Below, piece after piece: positions 18,865 to 26,335 of a DNA stretch of 33,175 bases. The stretch covers positions 1 through 33,175 of the IMG/VR virus record IMGVR_UViG_3300027746_000059. One strand, written 5' to 3'. The translations under genes and the position numbers were made by a program. Below the pieces are notes generated by a model that saw only the letters and a program-made list of their open reading frames with translations, had not been told where the DNA came from and searched no databases. The first letter of the stretch is position 1. Each line of letters opens with the position of its first letter. This DNA is from a virus (taxonomy: Duplodnaviria > Caudoviricetes).

Positions 18865-19251
18865 TTTCCTATTTATTAAAGTTAATAATTCCAGCCTCAA
18901 ATAATTTTATGAGCAATCTTGAGGCTGTGTCGGTTAGTGATTCGTTTTCTTTCTGTTTAGTGTCAGTTTCGTTGGAATATCCTATTAACCAGCGATTCTC
19001 TTTGTTGAAAGGCATAATTGATATTTGCAAAAGAAAAACTCCCTGTTTTGTCTTAATTTTTTTCGGCAAAGCGTCAAGTATCGTTTCTAAATCTGTTTTT
19101 CCAATATATCCAATTTCTCTTAATTTATTTTTTATGTTCATTTCCTATTTATTAAAGTTAATCAATTTTACCCCAAAAACCTTACTATACTTTCTTAAGA
19201 TAAGAACAAAAGACGCAGGTATTCTTTTACCCCAAAAACCTTACTATACTT
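18865..19251. repeat. Two pairs of direct repeats (22 bp and 27 bp)
   Basis: tttcctatttattaaagttaat at 18865 and 19141; ttttaccccaaaaaccttactatactt at 19166 and 19225. Confidence 0.92.
18869..19141 (-). CDS. Hypothetical phage protein
   Basis: ILDALPK...ASRLLIKLFE pattern; flanked by 22-bp direct repeats. Confidence 0.65.
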   Translation of the reverse strand: MNIKNKLREIGYIGKTDLETILDALPKKIKTKQGVFLLQISIMPFNKENRWLIGYSNETDTKQKENESLTDTASRLLIKLFEAGIINFNK

Positions 19252-19389
19252 CCTAAGAGTATCCAAACTTATATTAATCTTCCCATTCTCATATCTCCAG
19301 ATTGTGGATCTATTGCAACCCATTCTATCTGCCAGTTCTTGTTGGCTTAATCCTTTCTTGGTTCTTAGTTGTTTTAACTTTTTATTCAT
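19195..19389 (-). CDS. XRE/Cro-family HTH transcriptional regulator
   Basis: LKQLRTKKGLSQQELADRMGCNRSTIWRYENGK. Confidence 0.92.
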   Translation of the reverse strand: MNKKLKQLRTKKGLSQQELADRMGCNRSTIWRYENGKINISLDTLRKYSKVFGVKEYLRLLFLS

Positions 19390-19451
19390 TCCTTAAGTCT
19401 ATAATCCTGTTGCATAATACGCAACATTTATTTTAAATATTTTTTATGTTG

Positions 19452-19550
19452 ATCTCGTAGTGCATTGTGCAAATAACCTCTTTTTGGGAGCTACCTAAAA
19501 ATATTTATTAGACAATGCACTCGTGGATACAAGGAGCGACTACGCTCTTG
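19452..19550 (-). ncRNA. Intergenic structured RNA element
   Basis: 10-bp stem agtgcattgt(19459)/acaatgcact(19512) plus hairpin caaggagcg-acta-cgctcttg. Confidence 0.45.
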
Positions 19551-19554
19551 AAAT

Positions 19555-19989
19555 TTAAGCGGCGTTATCTAGAAAAACCGCTTTGTGATCCTTGTTTTCT
19601 CCCTCATCTTTACCAGAGAATGGTATTGTGGACGAGCTCTCACTCGTGAGGCTTTCACCCCTATCCACTTTTAGACAATGCACACACTCTTTCCATTTTC
19701 CATTGAGTCTCGATTGTGACGCAGTAATTACCTTGAAAGAATGCTCGCAACTTTCTTGATTTTTTATAGATTGATAATCTTTTAAAAAGCTTTCTTTTTC
19801 TCTTATGTTTATTCCTGAGTAATTACTGGTTATAACCAAGTCTCCTTTGTGATAGGGTTTTAGGAGCATTTTTTCTATGTATTCTGGCAACTGACCTCTT
19901 ACATATCCACAGGCTTCAATTTGTGATAAAGGGAATCTTACCCCTCTTCCTCTTTTTTGAATAAATGTTTCAAATTTTTTATTTTTCAT
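19555..19989 (-). CDS. Hypothetical protein with C-terminal Zn-ribbon-like motif
   Basis: CEH...ECVHC; strong RBS aaggag before MKNKKF. Confidence 0.55.
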   Translation of the reverse strand: MKNKKFETFIQKRGRGVRFPLSQIEACGYVRGQLPEYIEKMLLKPYHKGDLVITSNYSGINIREKESFLKDYQSIKNQESCEHSFKVITASQSRLNGKWKECVHCLKVDRGESLTSESSSTIPFSGKDEGENKDHKAVFLDNAA

Positions 19990-20072
19990 TTCAATCTCCT
20001 TTAATTTAAGTTGCTCCACGATGTAAAACGCTGAGGAATTACCCAGTATCCATTTAACGGTGATCCAAATCA

Positions 20073-20495
20073 TTATTTGCCCTCCAAAAGTTCTGGGTTT
20101 TCGTAAATATTGCCCATAACTACGAAATCATCCAATATGTCTGGATTTACCCAATAACCAATATTAAGTAATGACTTAAATTGTCTGTTACGCTCTGCTG
20201 CACCAAAATTTCCTAACCTAAATTCAACAACAAGTTTAGAACGAAACCAATTAACAACATCCCCCTCAAAAATTTCCTTGCCATTCTTATCTTTTAAGCC
20301 TGTGAATTGACTTAAAATATACCTTCCTTCAAAACAACTTTCATCAATTGCTGGTTGATTAAAAGTTCTTTTAGTTAAACGACCTGCGAGACTTATAGTT
20401 AAGCATTCTACTTTTCCTGCATAGCCCTCATAAGTTGGTTCAAAAAATTTCTTTTCTTCATTATCCCAAACTCTAAATTTTATTTCTCTTGTCAT
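20073..20495 (-). CDS. YopX-family protein
   Basis: MTREIKFRVWD...QFTGLKDKNGKEIFEGDVV...GNIYENPELL. Confidence 0.95.
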   Translation of the reverse strand: MTREIKFRVWDNEEKKFFEPTYEGYAGKVECLTISLAGRLTKRTFNQPAIDESCFEGRYILSQFTGLKDKNGKEIFEGDVVNWFRSKLVVEFRLGNFGAAERNRQFKSLLNIGYWVNPDILDDFVVMGNIYENPELLEGK

Positions 20496-20523
20496 TTCAA
20501 TCTCCTTTAATTTTAATAAAACT

Positions 20524-20697
20524 TATGAGCTTTTAAGGCGGCATTGACCAGAAGTTAATTACTCTCCTGTGGAATTTCATACTTAACTTTGCAACATTAA
20601 GTAATCTTCTTTCATCGCCATAGGCTTGCAAGCCAGAGAAAGACCGACAATTTCCTTGTGTCGTAGCATAAAAACAATGCCGCCATAAAAACTCATA
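20524..20697 (-). ncRNA. Structured RNA unit A closed by a 23-bp stem
   Basis: Inverted repeat 20524-20546 / 20675-20697 enclosing several hairpins. Confidence 0.6.
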
Positions 20698-20734
20698 TAA
20701 AGAAAAACTCCATTTCCTACACTGCTCCACGATA

Positions 20735-20891
20735 TATGAGCTTTTAAAGCGGCATTGGCTAACAATTTCAGTTAGCACATCATAATCTACTTAAATTACC
20801 CCTAGCGAGGTGCTTGGATTTTAACCAAGAACTATGACTATTCTTTTATATAGCATCTTATTCCGCCACAATGCCGCCATAAAAACTCATA
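20735..20891 (-). ncRNA. Structured RNA unit B closed by the same 23-bp stem
   Basis: Inverted repeat 20735-20757 / 20869-20891, near-identical to unit A arms, with a different interior. Confidence 0.6.
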
Positions 20892-20992
20892 TTCACAATT
20901 GTTGCCTTTTTATAGAAGGCTAACTACCCATTTCTGGTGACTTGGACGGAACCTACCTTGAGGAGTGACGCCAAATATTCTTAATTCTTAAA

Positions 20993-21119
20993 GTGTTGGA
21001 AGGTTGGACTTGCACCAACATTTCCCTGTCAAATCAATAGATCTCTGCGACTGGAATTTCACCAATCAGACCTGTATTTAAACTTAGGTGGCTACACTTC
21101 TTCACCCACATTCCAACAC
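20993..21119 (-). ncRNA. tRNA-like element with non-canonical anticodon arm
   Basis: Acceptor-like GUGUUGGAA/UUCCAACAC, D-stem GGUG/CACC, T-arm GUUGG-UGCAAGU-CCAAC, extra T-loop hairpin; no encoded CCA. Confidence 0.55.
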
Positions 21120-21274
21120 AATGATATAGCCCCATTAAACACTCACTTTGATGATTACTTTTGTGTTTAATTCGCAAACCTAAGTTATCAACCTTAAGCC
21201 CTATATCTACCCACCCCAACATTAATCAAGATATCAAAGAATTGACTTGATTAATGACCCCTTTCGGGATTCTG

Positions 21275-21499
21275 TTAAACTTCTTTTGGTAGCTCTGGTA
21301 ATTCGCACCAATGCGTTGGATCAATTGTTTCGCTATCACTCCTGTTGTCAAAAGTAAGCCACGCTCCAAAAGTTCCATCATTTTGTTTTTTACTAACCCA
21401 AAGGCTAGTTGACCAACTGGCTATACCAATCTCCATTGAATTAGCACACAAAATTAAACTTCCGTCTTTCGGTGCTGTTTTGATTGGTTGCCATTCCAT
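21275..21499 (-). CDS. DUF551-family phage protein
   Basis: MEWQPIKTAPKDGS...PTHWCELPELP. Confidence 0.85.
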   Translation of the reverse strand: MEWQPIKTAPKDGSLILCANSMEIGIASWSTSLWVSKKQNDGTFGAWLTFDNRSDSETIDPTHWCELPELPKEV

Positions 21500-21603
21500 T
21501 CCCTATCTCCAATTATCATTAATAAACTTACCTAAACTTTCAAAATATCTTGAATTCTATCAATTTGATCTTGGGTTAATTCAAGAGTGATTTTTTGTTT
21601 AGT

Positions 21604-22173
21604 TTATTCTTGTTTGATGCCTGTAATTTCTTCAAAGATTTTCCAATCAAAATTAGGAAGTGAAATAATAAAGTCTCTTTCTTTTTTGTCCATTTCCTCC
21701 CAACCTTTCTGCCAGCAATATTTATAATCTTGTTTTCTTAAATATCCCCCAGTTGTTTCGTAAATTGGATTTTTTGCTTTTTCATCTTCACTCATATTTT
21801 CTGAAGTAATCCAAGTTAGAATTGGTTTAACTTTATCAGAAATTAATTCTCTCATTTTATTCATTACATCACTGTTAAAATCTAACTCAGTATCCTTATT
21901 AAATAATCTTACTTTTGGCGTGTTGCTGTTAAAGTAGCCAGAATTATAGTAGCCAGTATTGTAGTTGCCAGTATTGCGGTAGCCAGAATTATAGTCGCCA
22001 GAATTATAGTAGCCAGTATTGTAGTTGCCAGAATTGCGGTTGCCAGAATTATAGTCGCCAGAATTATAGTAGCCAGAATTACAGTTGCCAGAATTATAGT
22101 CGCCAGAATTATAGTAGCCAGTATTACAGTTGCCAGTATTGCGGTAGCCAGTGTTATTATTTTTGTCAGTCAT
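21604..22173 (-). CDS. N(S/T)Gxx pentapeptide-repeat phage protein
   Basis: About 15 NSG/NTG pentapeptides followed by a GGYL...W...LPNFD..IFEEITGI C-terminal domain. Confidence 0.85.
   Translation of the reverse strand: MTDKNNNTGYRNTGNCNTGYYNSGDYNSGNCNSGYYNSGDYNSGNRNSGNYNTGYYNSGDYNSGYRNTGNYNTGYYNSGYFNSNTPKVRLFNKDTELDFNSDVMNKMRELISDKVKPILTWITSENMSEDEKAKNPIYETTGGYLRKQDYKYCWQKGWEEMDKKERDFIISLPNFDWKIFEEITGIKQE
21925..22155. repeat. 15-nt tandem repeat array (coding)
   Basis: Units such as gccagaattatagt(a/c) and gccagtattgtagtt. Confidence 0.92.
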
Positions 22174-22379
22174 TTTTTTAATTTTTTATTGTTAATATAT
22201 TTAAGTTTAAAAATCTCATAAAACCTTTTACTTGCATCTATCTTCCCATTGCCATTTGCTCTCTCTACTGTTTTAACTGAATATCCTGTTTTCTTGGCTA
22301 TTCTTTTGTAAAACTCACCCATAGATTCCCCTGTTTTAAGAAGTTGTTTTGCTTTGGTTTGGAATTGGGATTTATTCAC
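22170..22379 (-). CDS. Small HTH-like DNA-binding protein
   Basis: RIAKKTGYSVKTVER. Confidence 0.55.
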   Translation of the reverse strand: MNKSQFQTKAKQLLKTGESMGEFYKRIAKKTGYSVKTVERANGNGKIDASKRFYEIFKLKYINNKKLKK

Positions 22380-22821
22380 TTTTTACATATCCAATATTTT
22401 TCTCATCTTGGGCTTTTTTTGCTCTCAAATAAGATTCTTCGTTAAAATAAGTGGTAATTAATAAATATTTTCTTACCTCAATAAATTCTTTCTCTTCAAT
22501 GCCATATTTTTCTGCAAATCTTTCTCTGGCCATATCTTCGTTTTGGGCAGTATAGTTAGGATATTCTGTATATTGACTGAAAGTGTGGCTAAATTTTAAT
22601 TCTTCTCCACAATCTGCGCAATAATTATTTCCCGATCCACCACACTCACAATCTTCAATTTCATAATCGCACATAAATACGATACTTTTAACAATTCCAA
22701 TGATTTTTGAATATTTCTGTTCAGTCTTTTTAAAATATTCCTCACCCAAAATTTCTTGTGGGGTTTTATCCTCTAGTTCCTGAGAATAGCTATTTTTTAT
22801 ACTTGCCGACGATATAGACAT
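22372..22821 (-). CDS. Hypothetical protein with Zn-ribbon
   Basis: CECG...YCADCGEEL. Confidence 0.6.
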   Translation of the reverse strand: MSISSASIKNSYSQELEDKTPQEILGEEYFKKTEQKYSKIIGIVKSIVFMCDYEIEDCECGGSGNNYCADCGEELKFSHTFSQYTEYPNYTAQNEDMARERFAEKYGIEEKEFIEVRKYLLITTYFNEESYLRAKKAQDEKNIGYVKSE

Positions 22822-22883
22822 TTCAATCTCCTTTTAAAATTATTATTCCCTCATTTTGAGGATTATAGAATAAAAAACAATAG

Positions 22884-23246
22884 TTAATTTAAATTATTTT
22901 TACAATAATCACGAATTAAAAAATATCTTTCCAAGTCCTTGCCCTTCAAGGCTTTATCTTTAAAAATCCTTTCGTTTATCTCAAAAATAAATTGCAATTG
23001 AGGTTTATATTTCTTTTCCCATTCCTCAATTCCATTATGAACTCCATCATCTCCTTGATGATGTTTAAAACACAAAGGCATCACTAATAAATCACTTGCC
23101 TTTTTACCCGCTCCAATTCCCGCTAAATGATGAACATTAGCTTCTTTACCGCATATCATACAAGAATATGAGCCAACCATCTCTAATCGCTTCTTGTCCT
23201 TAAAGCCTCTTTGTAATTCTTTTGGGGGTTTAAGAAGATTTATCAT
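22884..23246 (-). CDS. HNH-fold nuclease, Ref/DUF968-like
   Basis: CMICG...HHL.G.G.G.KASD...PLCFKHH...GVH.G...WE. Confidence 0.8.
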   Translation of the reverse strand: MINLLKPPKELQRGFKDKKRLEMVGSYSCMICGKEANVHHLAGIGAGKKASDLLVMPLCFKHHQGDDGVHNGIEEWEKKYKPQLQFIFEINERIFKDKALKGKDLERYFLIRDYCKNNLN

Positions 23247-23488
23247 TTAAAATAATCTATTTTTCTATCAAACCATTCACTTAAATATTCTTTAGCTTCT
23301 TCTTTATAATATAAACAATCTTCCCAAATTTGTATTTGTTGTTTATTTTGCAAAATAACCTCACAAAGCAAATCCCCATTTCCACTAATATATTTAACAA
23401 TAACACAAGGCACAACATCTGCCTTAAAATTATCTTTTCCCATTTTAATTAAAATCACCTCTGATCCAATTTTAAATCTATTTGTCAT
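23243..23488 (-). CDS. Hypothetical protein (SH3-like)
   Basis: RFKIGSEV start; ATGA coupling. Confidence 0.55.
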   Translation of the reverse strand: MTNRFKIGSEVILIKMGKDNFKADVVPCVIVKYISGNGDLLCEVILQNKQQIQIWEDCLYYKEEAKEYLSEWFDRKIDYFK

Positions 23489-23491
23489 TTC

Positions 23492-23563
23492 CTAAAGTTT
23501 ATTAATTAAATCCTCAATCGTCTGAAGTTTGGTTTTAAACTTCTCTAATTCTTGTTTTGTCAT
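23492..23563 (-). CDS. 23-aa micro-ORF
   Basis: AGGAGG RBS; MTKQELEKFKTKLQTIEDLINKL amphipathic helix. Confidence 0.45.
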   Translation of the reverse strand: MTKQELEKFKTKLQTIEDLINKL

Positions 23564-23574
23564 TTATTCCTCCT

Positions 23575-24297
23575 TTAAATTACTAAATAACAATCTTTCA
23601 TTCTTTTTTTGTGTTCTTCTTCTAATTTTTGCTTATCATTTTCTTCTTTAGCTTGTCTTTTGTTATCGTCCTGATTTAACATTTGAACTAATTCATCTAA
23701 TATCTTATATCTATCCCAAAAATCTTTTGATTCATCAAACATTAGAATCAACCTCTTATCTTTATCGATTAATCCCCTTATGATATATCTCAAGAACCAT
23801 CTCAAAACATCTATGTTTTTAAACATTACTCTACTACAAAAACCATTAGTATTGCTATAATCATACTTCATAAGATACTGATCCATATCATCTAGTCTAT
23901 TGCAAATAAAAATGTGATTAACTGGAAGTCTAAAATTTTCATTTAGTTCTTTAATAAAATTTTGAACTCGTTCTGTTTTGTAATGTGTTAGCGTCATAGG
24001 GTGTCTTTTATGATAACTTCCAGTGATAACATTATAATAACCCTCATTATGATAACACGCTTGTGCAGGAAAATCCAATTTCTCAATAGCTTTACTTTCC
24101 CAAAGTGCAAGAAACTGTTTTATATCTTTTTGACACTTATCCCACCTCTCAAAACCACCAAATTCAGGTAGGCTTCTTAGCAATTTCAACTCATTAGCCA
24201 GTAATTCCAGCTCATTCTCATTAACCAGTTTTTTATTTGCATTTTTTACATTATTCACTGGTGCTATACCATAATTTATATTTATTCCTTTGCTCAT
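23575..24297 (-). CDS. Hypothetical protein
   Basis: 240-aa ORF in operon; no motif recognised. Confidence 0.6.
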   Translation of the reverse strand: MSKGININYGIAPVNNVKNANKKLVNENELELLANELKLLRSLPEFGGFERWDKCQKDIKQFLALWESKAIEKLDFPAQACYHNEGYYNVITGSYHKRHPMTLTHYKTERVQNFIKELNENFRLPVNHIFICNRLDDMDQYLMKYDYSNTNGFCSRVMFKNIDVLRWFLRYIIRGLIDKDKRLILMFDESKDFWDRYKILDELVQMLNQDDNKRQAKEENDKQKLEEEHKKRMKDCYLVI

Positions 24298-24298
24298 T

Positions 24299-24517
24299 TT
24301 ACTTCTTAAATAATTCTTTTGTTAATTCTTTTAAAAATTCTTCCTTACCTTGCTTTATTGATTTTGTGAAATCACTAATAGGAACTTCAGGATGGTCAAA
24401 AACTTCTAAAGTTAATAAGAAATCATTATCCTCAGTAAAAACATTCCAAATTGCCTTATTAATATCTGCTATGATACTTTTCGTAACATACTTAGCTGAC
24501 CCCATTTTAGCGTCCAT
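24299..24517 (-). CDS. Hypothetical protein
   Basis: RBS and operon packing. Confidence 0.55.
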   Translation of the reverse strand: MDAKMGSAKYVTKSIIADINKAIWNVFTEDNDFLLTLEVFDHPEVPISDFTKSIKQGKEEFLKELTKELFKK

Positions 24518-24518
24518 T

Positions 24519-24764
24519 TTATTCCTCCTTTGGTAGTTCTGGCGTGTTATCTATATCTTCATAGCCATTCTGCAAATAACACCATTTGCACCGCACGCAT
24601 TCACTACAAAAAACACAACTAACACAATCTGTGCAGTTAGTGCATCTTGAGCAACCGTGATTACTTTCTAAAGCCGCTCTTGCCGCTTCTAAACTTCCAA
24701 AGAATGAAATAGATGCAGTATTGCCCTTTTCATCCTCCAAATAACCTTTAACAATATTTATCAT
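24519..24764 (-). CDS. Cys-repeat (CxxCxxC) beta-helix-like protein
   Basis: CSRCTNCTDCVSCVFCSECVRCKWC; RBS aggagg before MINIV. Confidence 0.65.
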   Translation of the reverse strand: MINIVKGYLEDEKGNTASISFFGSLEAARAALESNHGCSRCTNCTDCVSCVFCSECVRCKWCYLQNGYEDIDNTPELPKEE

Positions 24765-24961
24765 TATTCCTCCTTTTTTGGTAATACTGGCAACTCGCAC
24801 CAGTGTGTTATGATTGTCTCAGGTGGTAAATAATTAAAAGACCCATAGTTTGTAGCTACAAGGCTTCCGCTTATAATACCGCCTAATATAATTTGCCCTG
24901 TTGAGAGCCTTAATAAGATTGTTTCACCGCGAGGCATTGTTTCAATTGTTTTCCATTTCAT
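24764..24961 (-). CDS. DUF551-like protein (paralog of 21275..21499)
   Basis: MKWKTIETMPRGE...ITHWCELP. Confidence 0.75.
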   Translation of the reverse strand: MKWKTIETMPRGETILLRLSTGQIILGGIISGSLVATNYGSFNYLPPETIITHWCELPVLPKKEE

Positions 24962-24980
24962 TATTTACTCCTTAATTATT

Positions 24981-25202
24981 CTATAATTCAATAAAGTTAG
25001 TTTGGTTAGTTTTTTCATAAAAAATATGTCTGACATTGCCCCTCATATCAAATTGAAATTTATACCCAATATTTTGTGGTAATATTTTTGTCATTCCCAA
25101 TTCCATATCTTCTGCTAAACCAGTTCCTATACATCTGCCGTTAGCTTTCCCTATTTGTTCTATTTTTTTTGCGAAAGGTTGTAATTCTTTTAAAATATCC
25201 AT
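24981..25202 (-). CDS. Hypothetical protein
   Basis: Coupled to the exonuclease stop. Confidence 0.55.
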   Translation of the reverse strand: MDILKELQPFAKKIEQIGKANGRCIGTGLAEDMELGMTKILPQNIGYKFQFDMRGNVRHIFYEKTNQTNFIEL

Positions 25203-25816
25203 TATTTACTCTCCCATTTTGTTAAAAAAAGCTCCTTAGCCTCTTTGTCATTTTCTAAATATCCTATAAAGTCGCTAATCATTCCTTTTAGCTCATCTTC
25301 AATTCCTGCGTGGTTGTGATAATCTTCAATCCAATATTCCTTGCCATCACTTACTAGATATTGAAACTTTGGTAAATCCGAGCAATAAAGATAAATTCTA
25401 TGCTGACTTGAATTTACAAACTTTCCAGCTTCATAATTGCTTGTGAACTTAATATCGTAAATAGTATCCCGCTTAATTACATCAGTTCGCCCATAAAGCA
25501 AAAACTCTTGATTGCCAATTTGTAAATCTTTTTTGACTGATTGTTGCCATAAGCCGCCAACAACAATATTGGCAATATGTTCTACTGGGTGATCTGCATC
25601 AATTATTTGACCTCTATCGTGCATCCCACTAAATACTGTTGCCCTTATATTATCTTCAAAATCAATCCCTTTCTGCATAGCCTCATTTGGCTCAAACTTC
25701 TCTCTACTTAAAGTTCTAAGAAAATCAGCCCTACTATCTTCGGACGATTTCCATTCGTCTTGAATGTAATATTGATAACTATTGAGCAAGCTGGCAGTAA
25801 TTAGGTATTTAGTCAT
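25202..25816 (-). CDS. PD-(D/E)XK exonuclease (recombination, Cas4/RecB-like fold)
   Basis: KGIDFE...YGRTDV...IYDIK...QHRIY; near the AAA recombinase. Confidence 0.75.
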   Translation of the reverse strand: MTKYLITASLLNSYQYYIQDEWKSSEDSRADFLRTLSREKFEPNEAMQKGIDFEDNIRATVFSGMHDRGQIIDADHPVEHIANIVVGGLWQQSVKKDLQIGNQEFLLYGRTDVIKRDTIYDIKFTSNYEAGKFVNSSQHRIYLYCSDLPKFQYLVSDGKEYWIEDYHNHAGIEDELKGMISDFIGYLENDKEAKELFLTKWESK

Positions 25817-25885
25817 TTCTGAAAATTTCTTTTATATTAAGAAGTATGCAATTTGAAAAAAGAGCTTCTAACATTACCAACCCCC

Positions 25886-26335
25886 TCATCCCTTATCCCT
25901 CTCCCATCCACCGAAACACCCAACAAACGCTTTCTCCATTTTCCTCTTACATTCCTCTACACCCTCCTCCTCATCCTCCTCTTTTTCTTCTATCAGCTCA
26001 TATTCTCCATATTCATCTTTAATTCTCTTGCCCTCAATGATTTCTTTGTAATATTGCATTTGATCAAAAAGTTCTTTTATATTCGTCCGCTCACCCATAA
26101 CCCCACCAAAATCAAGACAAGTATCATCACTCCCCCAACCATCCCCAGCCCCAGATTCAAATGTATCTTTTTCTATTAAAGAATAATCCTCTTTCTTGAC
26201 AGCTTCTATTGCAAGAGATAATTTTTGGATTGCATAATCCTTTAATTTATCTTTTTTAATTTTAAAAATTTCGTTATCGGAAATTCCAAAAGTTTTAAGA
26301 TATTCCACTGTTTCTTTTTCAAAAATTTTATCCAT
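25886..26335 (-). CDS. Hypothetical acidic protein
   Basis: SGAGDGWGSD motif and a Glu-rich tract; start MDKIF coupled to the upstream gene. Confidence 0.55.
   Translation of the reverse strand: MDKIFEKETVEYLKTFGISDNEIFKIKKDKLKDYAIQKLSLAIEAVKKEDYSLIEKDTFESGAGDGWGSDDTCLDFGGVMGERTNIKELFDQMQYYKEIIEGKRIKDEYGEYELIEEKEEDEEEGVEECKRKMEKAFVGCFGGWERDKG

Noticed and set aside
18588-19256. 222-aa plus-strand ORF
   Set aside because: Antisense shadow of three minus-strand genes; the low-complexity repeats lack stops.
20524-20891. CRISPR array interpretation of the repeated arms
   Set aside because: The repeats alternate in orientation, the interiors exceed 110 nt, and no cas operon is present.
20533-21222. 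ORFs 20533..20778, 20583..20765 and 21034..21222
   Set aside because: No RBS or protein-like features; they cross inverted repeats and the tRNA-like fold.
21925-22155. CRISPR or DGR interpretation of the 15-nt array
   Set aside because: Contiguous coding repeats without spacers; no reverse transcriptase or TR/VR pair seen in the window.
25202-25816. cas4 / CRISPR adaptation gene
   Set aside because: No Fe-S cysteine set and no cas1/cas2; the context next to a Sak4-like ATPase indicates a recombination exonuclease.
25853-26179. Short ORFs antisense to or nested in called genes (this one and similar, e.g. 4150..4356, 24237..24536, 30136..30390)
   Set aside because: Shadows of better-supported genes on the opposite strand or in another frame.
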